DNA of 60,565 nt, the filler included, from Nemertoderma westbladi (taxonomy: Eukaryota > Animalia > Xenacoelomorpha), in the NCBI GenBank assembly GCA_032718475.1. It is 2 parts of 2 records of this genome, joined end to end, with 100 filler letters (N's around TTAATTAATTAA, not from the genome) between each part and the next. Parts side by side here need not be neighbours in the genome. Positions count along the whole stretch, not along the records: positions 1 to 31,231 come from JAUCBJ010000447.1; positions 31,332 to 60,565 come from JAUCBJ010006663.1. One strand, written 5' to 3'. The position numbers and the translations under genes are program-made. Each line of letters begins with the position of its first letter. Position 1 is the first letter of the stretch. Below are positions 22,096 through 34,239 of the stretch, piece after piece. Under the pieces are notes generated by a model. The model made no database searches, was not told where the DNA came from, and was given only the letters and a program-made list of their open reading frames with translations.

Positions 22096-24267
22096 ATGTC
22101 GAAGGAAGAAATAATTTCGTGTACCCTGGTTGGTGGAAGTCCCTGGGGTTTCCAGTTGCAGGGAGGGCGGGAACATGGTGTCCCTCTTACTGTTGCCATA
22201 GTAACCCGGGGAGGCGGGGCTGAGAAGGCGGGGTTACGAGAAGGAGACTTGATCATTGAGATAAACGGCTATACGGCCTCGTTGTTGACTCATAGTAACG
22301 CGTTGAAGGTAATAGGTACGTCGGGCAACACACTTTACATAAAGGTAGACAAGCAACAGAGATATCGGGATTGCAGTAGGGAAGTCCGACGACAACCGGA
22401 AGCGAAACGCGTCGATGATTCTCACAGCGAATCCCATCGTGGAAGAGAAACTACCAAAGGTCCCGCGAGATTAACCGGCGCTCCGCGAATATTTGAATCG
22501 TGGGAATCGCCTGTAGAAAGTTGGGATCCCTCCAGGGGCTGGATGCCGCAAGAACCGAAAGATTCGGAGCGCAAATGGACTCCCCAGAAACGTGCATGGA
22601 CCCCTGAGCGACACGAGAGCGGATGGGCACCTCCGCTGCAGACACGGGGCCCACCGCCTCAGGAACGCAGTTGGGTATTGGATACCCGACAGCAGCTACG
22701 AGATTCACCGCAACTTCAACAGCAGCACGCCTGGGCACCCCCACCTCAACCTCAACAGAACTGGTATCCACCAGAGAAGAACTCTTGGACTTCTTCCGTT
22801 CATAGGGGTTCTGACGAATATTTGAAGCGACAAGAAGCAAAAGCGACTGTGGAGAAAGCACTTAGTGGGATAAGTTTACCTCAAGCTTCCTCAATCACAG
22901 TTCCAATAGGAAAATCCGTTACTATAGAGTTGTCCCAGGAACACCAAGATGCGATGCCTAATCGATCGTACAAATTGCCATATGATGTTCAGCCCCCAAG
23001 ACCTTACAAACCACCTTCACCCGAACAACCGCCCGCTCCACCTGCTAAAGCGTATGTCCCACCTCCTGAAAAGGCCTATGTCCCACCACCTGCGCAGGCA
23101 TATGTCCCACCTCCTGAAAAACCGTATGTCCCACCTGAAAAACCGTATGTCCCACCTCATGTAAAGGCGCAGCCAGATGTTGCTGACATTAGCGATATAC
23201 TGCTTGGAAAAGAAAACAAACCTATTTCGGATCTCCTTTCCAAGACTTCCCCAGGAGGCACTAAGTACAAATGGGAAGTGGGAAAGTACGCGGCAGAGGA
23301 TTATCCTTCAGTAGAGGAGCAAAAGAAGATGTGCAAAACCATCGCGCAGTCCTTATTCTCTGAGGTCAATGCCGGAGCTCCTGGGGGTAAAATGTTTAAG
23401 AAAAGAGTTGAAAAAAGTAATAAATGGACGAAGGAAGGGGTTGGCCGCAACAAGGAAGAGCCAAAGAAGTTTCTTGAGAAATGGTCCGATATTGAAGAAC
23501 TCGAAAAACTGGACTCAAATGATCAGAATAAACAATATGCAATTCCTCCACCACCTCCATTGCCTGACATTAGTTCTATTCTGAAAGACCAATCGTCTTG
23601 GAAATCGAGGAAAAAAGATGTATTTACTTACAGGAATCCAAACAGCAGCGAAGTGATCTCCATTGCTCCCACAAATTTCGATGTGGATCTCAACAAGGCA
23701 GGGCGCTGCAAACACGACACAGTTACCCCTAAGATTTGTCAGCAGCTCATCATGGATCTCTCTTCGGAAAGTGGGAGCGGTTCATTGATGTTCCAAAAGC
23801 GGAAAACAAAGTCGGAAAAGTGGGTAAAAGATGAGTCAAATGTCAACAAGATATCACCAGGTGTGAGAGAAGTTTTAAAGAACAACCCGGGAGCTAAAAT
23901 ACAGATAGGTGGGAAGCCAAAACTTGGCAATGAAAGTATGGTTGATGCATTGGCAAAGAACAAGGGTTTAAATCACGTCAGTTTGGTGAAATCTCCTTGG
24001 GAAGCCGCTCTAGAAACCGGATCTGTTGACAGCGCTTTTGAGACATCGAGTCTAGCCGGGATGATGAGCAGACCGAGTTTAATGAGCGAAGCGATGTCCC
24101 GATCTGCTCGGATGAGAGATGCCGGCGGTTGGTCCCAGTCAAAGACAGAACACATATCGAGGTCCAATGTCACCGGTAATAAGTCGTGGCAACAGGAAGA
24201 AACTAAGACATGGGAAATTACTAAGAGTCCTTTTGCTTTGCCGGCACCACAAAAAAAGTTAATATAG
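22096..24267 (+). CDS. PDZ-domain, proline-rich protein, synaptopodin-2/myopodin-like (actin/Z-disc scaffold)
   Basis: 723-aa uninterrupted ORF. N-terminal PDZ (GGSPWGFQLQGGREHGVPLTV) of PDLIM/SYNPO2 type, two G..MF.KR..KS.KW motifs as in synaptopodin/calsarcin families, KSPWEAA motif and YVPPP repeats. Confidence 0.85.
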   Translation: MSKEEIISCTLVGGSPWGFQLQGGREHGVPLTVAIVTRGGGAEKAGLREGDLIIEINGYTASLLTHSNALKVIGTSGNTLYIKVDKQQRYRDCSREVRRQPEAKRVDDSHSESHRGRETTKGPARLTGAPRIFESWESPVESWDPSRGWMPQEPKDSERKWTPQKRAWTPERHESGWAPPLQTRGPPPQERSWVLDTRQQLRDSPQLQQQHAWAPPPQPQQNWYPPEKNSWTSSVHRGSDEYLKRQEAKATVEKALSGISLPQASSITVPIGKSVTIELSQEHQDAMPNRSYKLPYDVQPPRPYKPPSPEQPPAPPAKAYVPPPEKAYVPPPAQAYVPPPEKPYVPPEKPYVPPHVKAQPDVADISDILLGKENKPISDLLSKTSPGGTKYKWEVGKYAAEDYPSVEEQKKMCKTIAQSLFSEVNAGAPGGKMFKKRVEKSNKWTKEGVGRNKEEPKKFLEKWSDIEELEKLDSNDQNKQYAIPPPPPLPDISSILKDQSSWKSRKKDVFTYRNPNSSEVISIAPTNFDVDLNKAGRCKHDTVTPKICQQLIMDLSSESGSGSLMFQKRKTKSEKWVKDESNVNKISPGVREVLKNNPGAKIQIGGKPKLGNESMVDALAKNKGLNHVSLVKSPWEAALETGSVDSAFETSSLAGMMSRPSLMSEAMSRSARMRDAGGWSQSKTEHISRSNVTGNKSWQQEETKTWEITKSPFALPAPQKKLI

Positions 24268-24948
24268 TGAGTGAGTTGTTGATAAAGATGTAAATCTAAA
24301 CATTTAATATATACTGTCCTTACACTAGTGATGCAAACCATATTGTAACGTGTTCCTGTTTCATGCAGGTTTTTATTGGAATAGTAGTGACATAGATGAT
24401 TGGGACGTGTTTTAGAGCCTGCATAATACCCACATAAATTTTAGTGTATTATTATCTTAAAGACTATTTAATTTATCTTTTATACTGTACGTATACTTAA
24501 TAATATTGAATGACAGTATTTATTAAATTATACAGGTACAGGTCACAGCCACAGGTAGGCCTATATACTGAACCTAAACATGCTCAAAATTCCTTCATAC
24601 TAGGACACAAACCAAACCCAAATGGAATTGAATTGTTTTTTTTTTACGACGCCGCGTATTATTAATTGTCATATTAGTTGAATTATCACCGAGACAGCGT
24701 TCTCATTTACATTATAATAAAGTATGAAATTAATATATATATTTCCAAATTAAATGTTGGACTTTTTAATATTTTGTGCTGTAGTTATTCTTATTTAACA
24801 CTTTATGTTACTATTGAAGTACAAGATCGTTGGTAGAATAATGAATATTTCAAAGTTAGGGAACATTATGTTGTATGGTTTGCCAGATGATTTTTGCAGT
24901 ATAATAAAATAAATATTATATAATTTAGTAATATTACGTTATTTTCTT

Positions 24949-25238
24949 GGCCCATGTGAAGAATACCAGACTTTCTGACGTTATATTTCACTTTGCAGTT
25001 ACCCCCATGTGAAGGATACCAGAATTTCTACCGTTATATTTCACTTTGCAGTTACCCCCATGTGAAGAATACCAGGTTTTCACCAAAAACACAGGCTACA
25101 GAAGGGCTGAATCTAACCAAAACAATAAACGAATTAGTATGTGTACAGGTATAAGACAGAAAGAAATAAGCAGAATACAGACAGAAATAAGCGCTATAAA
25201 ACACTTAATAAAGATAAATAAAAAAAAAATAAAAAATT
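24949..25238. mobile_element. Truncated copy of the 58749-58970 MITE, inverted, with an extra internal repeat
   Basis: GGCCCATGTGAAGAATACCAG terminus and an internal match to the reverse complement of 58820-58970. Confidence 0.8.
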
Positions 25239-25330
25239 TAAGCGGATTGAATTCCCTGCACTACCCAGCGGAAAATGGGCGAAGTGGCATTTTACCAATT
25301 ATAGTTGGGAAGGTGACATTACCAATAATT

Positions 25331-28300
25331 ATGTCACCTAATAACCAACTTAGGCGATACACATTGCCAGCCACAAAAGAAAGTTGAGAGGTCATAAACC
25401 ATCTCAAAGGGACAAAGGGGCTAGCACGTGGGGATAGTGGCAGCAGGGAGTGGCGAGAAGGAAATTAATCGGGTTAGCCAATGATGGGAGGGGAAAACAG
25501 GTGTTTGGAACGCATCTATTGGCCAGGCCGCTCAATACAGTAGCAGTGATTAATATGTGTTAACAATATAACCGTTGTACTTGTGGATTATGATTCAGTT
25601 GGTATCTGTAGAGTTGTGAGACCGGAACGGTTTTTAATCGTCGTCGTCATTACCGTGCTATTATATTCTGACTGTGCTATTATTATGTTCTGTGATTATA
25701 AGAACTGGCACTAAAAACTCAGTTATTCCAACGGCCTTCGGTGGCAATATCCAGACCACATCCTTTCAGCAGCCTACAGATGTGGCGACGCGTATAATAC
25801 CAAAACAACACACAAGTCGGGGTTTAGCAACCATCTCCTAGGTCCCGTCACAGTTAAAAACTGCCGAGCAAGTTAATACCATCCGTAGAAAAGAAATAAA
25901 CTGTGACCACAGCCCGCACCAACAATGAGCGAACAACGAATGCCCCAGGGTTCAGAGAGGGGCGGAAGTCTGCCGCGAACCCTGAGCGACAGAGACGAAA
26001 CGATTCGGGAAGCAGCGACGAGGCGGTACCGGCCCGCCACACCAGATTCGCCAATGAGCCAATGAGGGACACTCCAGTCGTTGAGGAGAGCGGTCGAGTA
26101 CGAGGAGGAGAGGGGAGCGAGTCGATGCGAGATCACAGTGGCGAACGAGGTACCGAAGTCGCCGGCCAACCAGTGGCCAAAGGCGGCGACTGGCCCACCG
26201 GAACGGCAACGGTGGTGCCGACGGTACGGCGCTGGGCGAGGAGGGAAGGTCAAGTCCAGGAGGAAGACGTCGGGACGAGCAATCGCCTACGACGAGGGTA
26301 CAACGCCACCAGGAAGTACAGTGGGCCGGTGTACAGGTGTACATAGGGCCCTATCTAGTAGATGCGAGGGGGATTAAGTTAGTGGGATGGGCGGACCCGC
26401 ACGACACCGAACCCGAGGTTAACCCCGAAGATTCGGTGTCGTCAGTTAGTAGGAATGCTAGTAAGCATGGGAAAATTAGAACAGGCGATGGGAGTCTGTT
26501 GCAACCGAAAAGTCCGCTACATCCTCCGTGAAAGCAAGAATGGTGTTAGAGATAGATCTGGCGTGTCAGCTAGACATAGTTGCGCTGGATCAAAAGGAAC
26601 TAGAGAGACAGCTGGATGAGGGGACTGCGTTACTAGAAAGGGAAGGGAACTAGCGAGAGAGTGTAAAGAGAGGGCCGAGAGGGTGGCGAGAAACTATAGA
26701 GAGCGGGTGGAGAGAGAAATGAATGAGCGCAAAGAGCGTGATGAGCGGGAGACGAGAGATGAAAACGAGTGCAAGGAGCGGGAGGCGAGAGAGGAAAACG
26801 AGTGCAAGGAGCGGGAGGCGAGAGAGGAAAACGAGTGTAAGGAGCGAGAAGCAAGAAGAGCTGAGAGGATTGAGAGAGAAGCGAACGAGCGTAGAGAGTG
26901 GGAGGCGAGGGAGGCATAGTTAGCTGATCAGAGTATTAGAGAGGACAGAGAGAGAGAGAGGGCTGGTAAACGTATGAGGGATGATGATATGCATTACCAG
27001 TATGAGGATGATTATGCGTTAATGCAGTATCAGGCGAAGCAAAAACGCCAATTAGAACTGGCAAATCTGGGTTTATCAGAGAGCGAGGCTGGTTCGGGAA
27101 GATTTATGAGGAAGCAGGGGTGATGGAAACCTTTGTTAATACCCCACTTACAGGTACCGGACGACAGACCCAGAACTGGTGTGACCGGACGGATGGGGGG
27201 GGGGGGGGGGGGGGGTAATGACAATACATTTAATGAAAACGTTAATATTAATAGTACCGTAGTAGATAACCCTAATAGTAACGAAATATTTCTAGCAGGA
27301 AATAATGTTGATACTGGAACAGCAAATGATTTAAATAATGATATAACAAATAATAACAGTGAAGAAAATAACTTAAATAATAATGTAAATATTGGTGCAC
27401 CAAATACCAAAATAATTTAAATAATAACCGGTGTACAGTCAAATAATAATATTATAAATAATCCCGGTGAAATTAATCAAAATAATGCTAATAATAACGT
27501 AATAAATCAACAGGGTGAGGCTAGTGGCGGTATAATTAATACAAACATTGGGGAAACAGGTAATTCGCCTAGCGGGGGCCTACAAGGCCACGCGGTTGCG
27601 CAGGGAGAAACGCAGGCGAATGAACCCAGGGAGAATAGAACTAACGTGTCGACTGGAGGGAACATGGGCATGGGGGCGAAGTGAGAAGATGTGACGGGTG
27701 GCGTGGGAGGGGGGGGGGGGGGGGGGGGCTATGGGCACCCCACCGACAACCAGATTAAGTGGGCTAACGACGAGGTAGGGGGGGGGGGGGGGGGCGGAGG
27801 AAAGATGCCCCACAGAGCGTCGGCAGGAAATGCGCGCGGTGAGTTAAGTGAACCTTGGCACCCGACGACGGAGGATAATAGGAGGGCAACGAATATCCGC
27901 GAGGCCGTACAACCGGGCAGAGGGAGGGACGTTGGTGCCGTAAGCGGCCAAACGAGAAAACGTCGAGCCCACTCGGAAGACGGAAGGAGGACAGTAGAGT
28001 TCATCCGGGAGGTCGATACGAGACCTCATGAAGGAGGACATAACGCTGAAACCAGAAGAAGTGAGGAGGAAGGAGGAAATGTTGCTACGGGCAACCAGAG
28101 ACGTCGAGACTGGACGGACAGCGAACCGTCGATAGTCGAACTAGAGAGAGAGAGCCGGTGGGGTCGTACTTCGGGAGATTGCCGTCGCCCCGGAGAAACA
28201 CAACCTGGCGAAATATACCACACACCGGGAGAGGGGTACAGAGTGTACCGATACGAGGAGGAAAAGAGAGGAAGGGATCGAGGGAAACTTCCCGTCGGAA

Positions 28301-29935
28301 TGTAGCTGCCGATCGAGGATATGGTAGTCGCGGGGAGGAGTTCTCGGAATATTCGAGAAGATTAAACTTCGATCCGGAGGGACACAGGCAGACTGCAGGA
28401 CATACTGTAGGTCTTACTGCACATACTATAGGCCATGCTGGGAGAGATAGTGTAGGCGATAGGGTAGCGCGAATGCCGGGATTGGACCCGGAGGTCGCGG
28501 CTTACATACCGGTGAGTAGGCAAGAACCTGCTAGGCCTATACCGGTACCTGCACACCAGTATGACTATAATATGCAGGGATACAATACATACCCAGGGGA
28601 GGGGGGGGGGGGTATTGCAGATAGGTGTATGGGCCCCAATATAATGACATCTACCCCAGTACCAAATATAACATCGTGGGTGGGGGGGGGGGGGGGGGGG
28701 GCAGGGTGACATTCCCCCATTACTGTATCTGCAATACACACAACCAAAAACAAAAACCCCGACCCCCTCAGACCCAAATAAATCGTGTGACACAGAGATA
28801 TGGAGGGGACCGCTACCCCCGATGATATATCCCACTCAGGGAAAGTCGACGAACCCGAGAGGCGAAGCACAACCAACATTGAAGGAGCCTGCATCCCTAC
28901 CGTCGAGCGCGCTGGAAGTTCAAGCGATGGGAATGGCAACACTCATCGACGCGCTGAAAACTAGAATTGAGCTGCCACCCATGGAGCCTTTCAAGTTTGA
29001 TGGTAGCAAGCCGGAAGAATATCTACAGTTCCGGAGGATGTACAGCAACGAGATTTTGACAAAAAATCTCACGCAGGCGGAGTGCCTTAAATACCTACAA
29101 GTCTATACAGGGGGGCCAGCTTACGACATCGTGAGGCAATACCAAGGTATTGAAGGAGGATTCACGACCGCATGGAGAGCCCTGGACAGGGAATTTGGCC
29201 ATCCTGCGAAGATTATCCGACAAACCTTAAGGGGAATAACATCAGGCGGACTCGCAGATAACCCCGTTAGCATCAAGACTTTCGCTAACAAAGTAGAGAA
29301 AGCGCTAATAGTGTTAAAGACTCTAGATGCACCTTACGAACTCAATGCATCAAACAACATCACCACGATAGCGCAGGCACTACCGATTTGGTTAAGGAAA
29401 CAAATGGAGAAAGATCGCTTTCTCCACTCGAGAAAAGAAAGGTGCGGAGCCAGGGTTGGAGGAGATGTCGAACTTCCTTAACTACGAGGCGGAGCTAATA
29501 ACGGATCCAGTCTATAGTGAGGACAGTCTAGGAAGGTACCGAAAACGGAATACAGCCGACCTAAACCCGAACATAGTGCGGCGAATGCACTTCCGAAGGT
29601 GAGGCAGTCACTACCGTATGCGGCCACACAGGGGACTACAAGTCCACAGGAGCTGGGAGTAGAGCCACACCGTGGCAGGGACAGAAACAAAGTAACAACA
29701 CCAACAAATACAAACCCAATACCCCCAGTAGGCCGAGTCCAAGTAACCAAAACACTAAACCACTAGATATGAATCTAAGCGCAATACGTGAAGCGCTATA
29801 TAAGGAACGCTACAATCCCGAATACAAATGCCAATTGCATAGGTTCGGCACACATAAGACTATAAACTGTAAACATTGGCAGGCGTTGCTTAAACAAGAT
29901 CGAATAGCCTACACCGGTAAGAATGGACTATATGT
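25331..29935 (+). mobile_element. Decayed BEL/Pao LTR retrotransposon (probable 5' LTR plus gag; no pol visible)
   Basis: Candidate LTR TGT(25331)..ACA(25778) then PBS-like TGGCGAC (25783). BEL-gag-like PEDSVSSV motif (~26425), DUF1759-like domain and C-x2-H-x4-H-x4-C knuckle (~29828). Boundaries are approximate. Confidence 0.65.
28822..29481 (+). pseudogene. BEL/Pao Gag capsid-like (DUF1759) fragment
   Basis: LPPMEPFKFDG..EYLQF..LKYL..YTGGPA..AWRALDREFG pattern. Confidence 0.8.
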
Positions 29936-30673
29936 CATTGATGCGCGGTATGATGAACCCATCCTCGGCGACAGTTGGACCTACTTCGCACCTTGGGTGT
30001 TAAGTAGGTCATTAATTAATTAATCAATTAATTAATTGGTCGATTAAACAATTAATTAATTGTTTAATCAATCGATTTGTATCAAATAATGTTGCCAAAG
30101 GCAATTTAATTTGATACAAATCAATCAGATAGGGACGCGAAATGAATAAATTGTACTATAACAAATGAAATATACAACACAATAGGCACTGTGCAATATA
30201 ATATACAATACATTTGTATTATTTTTGCCATACAGTAGGTAAAGGTAGAATTAAATATAAAGACACGAGCGGGGCCCAAAACATAAATTACCCTCACCCA
30301 AAAATAAAGTGGCCCCAGTTTGGCCCCGAGTCATCCCTCAATAATCTATGGCTGGTTGGGATCTTATTAGCCGTAGCATAACTAATCCAAACATCGAATC
30401 CTATACTGTATGTCAACGCGTGAATGGGACCTGCGATAGAGTTTAAATTATTCAAACCTATAGCTTCGTTATTACATCAATTCGTCCAAGAAATTAGAAT
30501 AAACATCTGCTCTTGCAATAGTTTGCATTCTTTCATATTGTACTTTATGAAGCAGTCCACGCGCATATTAGCTCAACAACAAAGGCAATACCCAAACGCC
30601 ATGTGAGGATTGAACCCACGACCTATTGGAGATGTGAATTCAAAGCAACCACTACACCAAGGTGGAACAGTAA

Positions 30674-31231
30674 CGTTTGAATTTGTTCGTTAACGTTCGA
30701 ATTTGTAAGACTCTGATTTAAGACCTGAGGCACTCCCCACAGCCACAGCCACAACCACAGCCACAGCCACAGCCACAGCCACAGCCACAGCCACAGCCAC
30801 AGCCACAGCCACAGCCACAGCCACAGCCACAGCCACAGCCACAACCACAGCCACAACCACAGCCACAACCACAGCCACAACCACAGCCACAGCCACAACC
30901 AGCATTGCCACAACCACAGACACTGAACGACCATTAATTAATGCATTAATTAATGACAGCCACAACACCCACAGCCAGAAGCCATTGATGACAATACTGG
31001 TTGTGGCTGTGGCTGTGGCTGTGGCTGTGGTTGTGGCTGTGGTTGTGGCTGTGGCTGTGGCTGTGGCTGTGGCTGTGGCTGTGGCTGTGGCTGTGGCTGT
31101 GGCTGTGGCTGTGGCTGTGGTTGTGGCTGTGGCTGTGGTTGTGGCTGTGGCTGTGGCTGTGGCTGTGGGGAGTGCCTCAGGTCTTAAATCAGAGTCTTAC
31201 AAATTCGAACGTTAACGAACAAATTCAAACG
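30674..31231. repeat. Fold-back: ~235-bp inverted arms containing (CCACAG/CCACAA)n, ~85-bp spacer
   Basis: 30674-30907 is the reverse complement of 30992-31231. The right arm runs into the gap. Confidence 0.9.
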
Positions 31232-31331
31232 NNNNNNNNNNNNNNNNNNNNNNNNNNNNNNNNNNNNNNNNNNNNTTAATTAATTAANNNNNNNNNNNNN
31301 NNNNNNNNNNNNNNNNNNNNNNNNNNNNNNN
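31232..31331. other. Scaffold gap with artificial linker (N44-TTAATTAATTAA-N44)
   Basis: Exactly 100 nt, symmetric, with a central 12-mer that has stops in all six frames. Confidence 0.95.
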
Positions 31332-31984
31332 CATTTTGTCCGTTTTCTCGATTTTGACGGACATTAGCTGGAAAACGATCGGCTTAATTTTTAAAACAAA
31401 AATATGTGAAATCTAATTTTTAAACCCTCTTTCGATTCCGGGCGACGTCTTGTCCGTAGAGGCGAGATTTAATTTTTTTTACATAGACCCTAATGGTGAA
31501 AAAGACAAAAAAACCAGACAATTGTCCGTCATGTCCGTCAAAACGATAGATTCGCTAAAAGCTCTGAAGAATCTTATTTTTTTGGCATTACGCGTCCCCC
31601 CTCGAAAAATCGAGAAAATCGTACGGCTGGAAATAGGTCGAATGGGGGGGGAACACCGTTTTCGCAGTAACTACGCGTCCAGTATGTAGACTGCGTCCTT
31701 TAGAGGGGCGGCGAATTCACCTCACTCGACGCCGCCCTTACTGAATGTTTTTAAAAGATATTTCTTCCCACCTAGTTAGGTAATCGGTCTTACAGCAGCA
31801 TTGCTGCCACCTTACCAATATTGAAAGTTCATACATAAATCAACCAATAATAATTCGACACTTACAATCCCACGACTATTAGCCACGGTAAATACATTTG
31901 CCGTAAATTTCACTGTGAATAGCCGCGGGAAATATATTTTCCGTGGGATATCTCGGCAAATATATTTACTACAACTACTACTAG

Positions 31985-33380
31985 GTCGAGCGAACTAGGA
32001 TAGTGGAAATGAGATCCTTCCAGGCTTCCCGATTCTCCATTTCGTTTCTCTCAAGCCCAGTATCATTTTCAAGTTAGTCTATATATACAGTATGTTACAG
32101 CCGCCGGTCGTCCACGGGTACGCTTACCTTGTGCTGGTTGCCAGAAAAGTAAATCTGGTATGACCTCGTCTTTACTTCGCCAGCAGTGCCAGCTGAATCT
32201 TAATCTGCGTTCACGGAGGGTGGTTGATACAGTTGGTATAGTACCATAGAGCTCGGCGTTTGTCATGTGTTATTGTCTCCAGCTGATGTTTAGGACTGCC
32301 GTTATTAGTGTTGTGTAGCAACCATCAATTCGTTGTTCAAGTGATTTAGTCAGTGTCCAGGTCTCACCCCCGTATAAAAATACACTTTCCACTGTGGCTC
32401 GAAAGAACTTAGTCTTCAGGTGCCTGGAGAGATCTGATTTCCAGATGGTATCCATTTTTGATAGAGCTACCCAAGCCTTTGCATTCCTAACTTCTATGTC
32501 CTTTTTGCTACTCTCTATCCATGACCCAAGGTACTGGAAGTCGCCGACCATCCTTAGTTGATTATCATCAATGGTTGTCAAGTTTCCATCAATATTTATT
32601 GTCATGAATTCGGTCTTGGTAGCATTTATATGCAATCCAACCTCCTTATAGCAGCCCTCTCCACTTTATTCAGTAGAAGCTGTGCATCTGCTAGCATATT
32701 AGAGAGCAGGGCGATGTCATCCGCAAAGTCGGTGTCTGTGACTGTAGTTGCCGGATATCTGCTACCTCTGCGTTATTGTAGTGTGAATCCCAGATCTTCA
32801 CCCTTTGTGGCCGTCCTCATTGCGTAATCCAGCACAATTACAAATAGTAATGGTGCTAATGTGTCACCTTGCAGTGCGCCAGCCAGGATTGAGAAGGACT
32901 CAGTTTCACCTGTGAGTGTACCTGAGCTTCTCTGTCACAAAATAACAATACAATGCCGTCGACAATTACTTCTGGTATTCCATAAGCTCTTAGGATTTAC
33001 ATCATTTTACCTCTATGGCTGTTGGATGGAGTCCATAAATGCTTTCTTTAAGTCCACAAATAATAATCCAATGCCAGCCAGATATACCTCTGGTATTCCT
33101 CCATAAGCTCTTAGGATTTCAACCATTTTACCTCTATGGATGGAGTGGATTGCCTTCTTGAAGTCCACAAAAGTCATGACTGCGGGGAGATTCTTTGACT
33201 TAATTCCCTCAATCAGTCTCCGTAGCGCAAGTATCTGAGCTATTGTTGATCTACTTGGTCGAAATCCGTTTTGGCTCTTACGCAGTAGTTTCTCTATGTG
33301 AGGCCTAATCCTATATAGAATAATTTTATTTCTATTTTGGCAGCTACCACAAGCAGACAGATTTCTGCCGATAGTTTGTA
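31985..33380 (-). mobile_element. Degraded RTE-type LINE (RT and C-terminal region)
   Basis: Minus strand shows QNGFR, FVDFKKA, QGDTLAPLLF, DFADD (32716-32730), FQYLGS, ESVFLYG.ETW and LRERRLRF, with stops and frameshifts. Confidence 0.9.
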
Positions 33381-34239
33381 GGTATATTATTATTAACTTG
33401 TTGCGCCCGGTCGAGCCGGCATATATTCAGGTAAAATTGACAGATAAAACATTAAAAAACCAGAAACACTGTCCACAGATAAAAGTTATACAAATATCGT
33501 TAAGACTTAGAACTTATATAATAGTCCGGCTATCAATATTGGTGATAATTAATATTGGGCCTGGATGGAGTTTTGAAGGTGACTTGTCAATCACTTCCTA
33601 CTGCTATTGGGTGGCGGCCATAGGCTGCGTGCTGGGGGCCGGTGTAAGGGAAGGGATGTATTGGATAACAATGGACAATGGATAGTGCATTGGATGGAGT
33701 GTATTGGGCGGATCAGGCAAGGCTTGGCACGCCCGCCACGACTAAGGATGTCTGGGTTGGGGCAATAAGGGGCCGTCCAAGTATGACGTCAGCACTTTGG
33801 GGGGGGGGGGGGGGAGGTGGGAAAATCTGATGACGTGCTGATGAGAGGCGGGGAGGGGACAGCCAAAATCTGACGTCAGCATGCTCATTATTATAGACCT
33901 ATTGTAGAATATGAGTGACGCAGGCTTCTGAGTTCAAAAAAGTAACTAAAGTCTACGTTATCAAGTTTGTGAACAAACTTATATGTTGATATCATGTCCG
34001 TTCTAGCCCTCAAATGAAAGATGCTGTAGTGACATCATATGGGTTGCGTGGTGTAGCACTTGTTCTATGTGCTCGATATCCTTTTGAAGATACGGTGACC
34101 ATGACCTACTATATATAGTAGGTCTAGTAGGTAATATATATATAGTAGGTCATGCGGTGACCATACAACTGTACCATATTCGAGTAGCGCACGAATTATA
34201 GACTTACAGTATATAACTTAGTAAACATTACCGGTTCCA

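Noticed and set aside
22234-24341. Overlapping alternative-frame and antisense ORFs
   Set aside because: They are shadows of the 723-aa ORF.
30623-31279. Poly-WL and poly-VA ORFs
   Set aside because: They are hexamer microsatellite translations.
33769-33885. Complete Harbinger MITE
   Set aside because: Only one TIR-like end (GGGGCCGTCCAAGTATGACGTCA) is visible, with no partner found.
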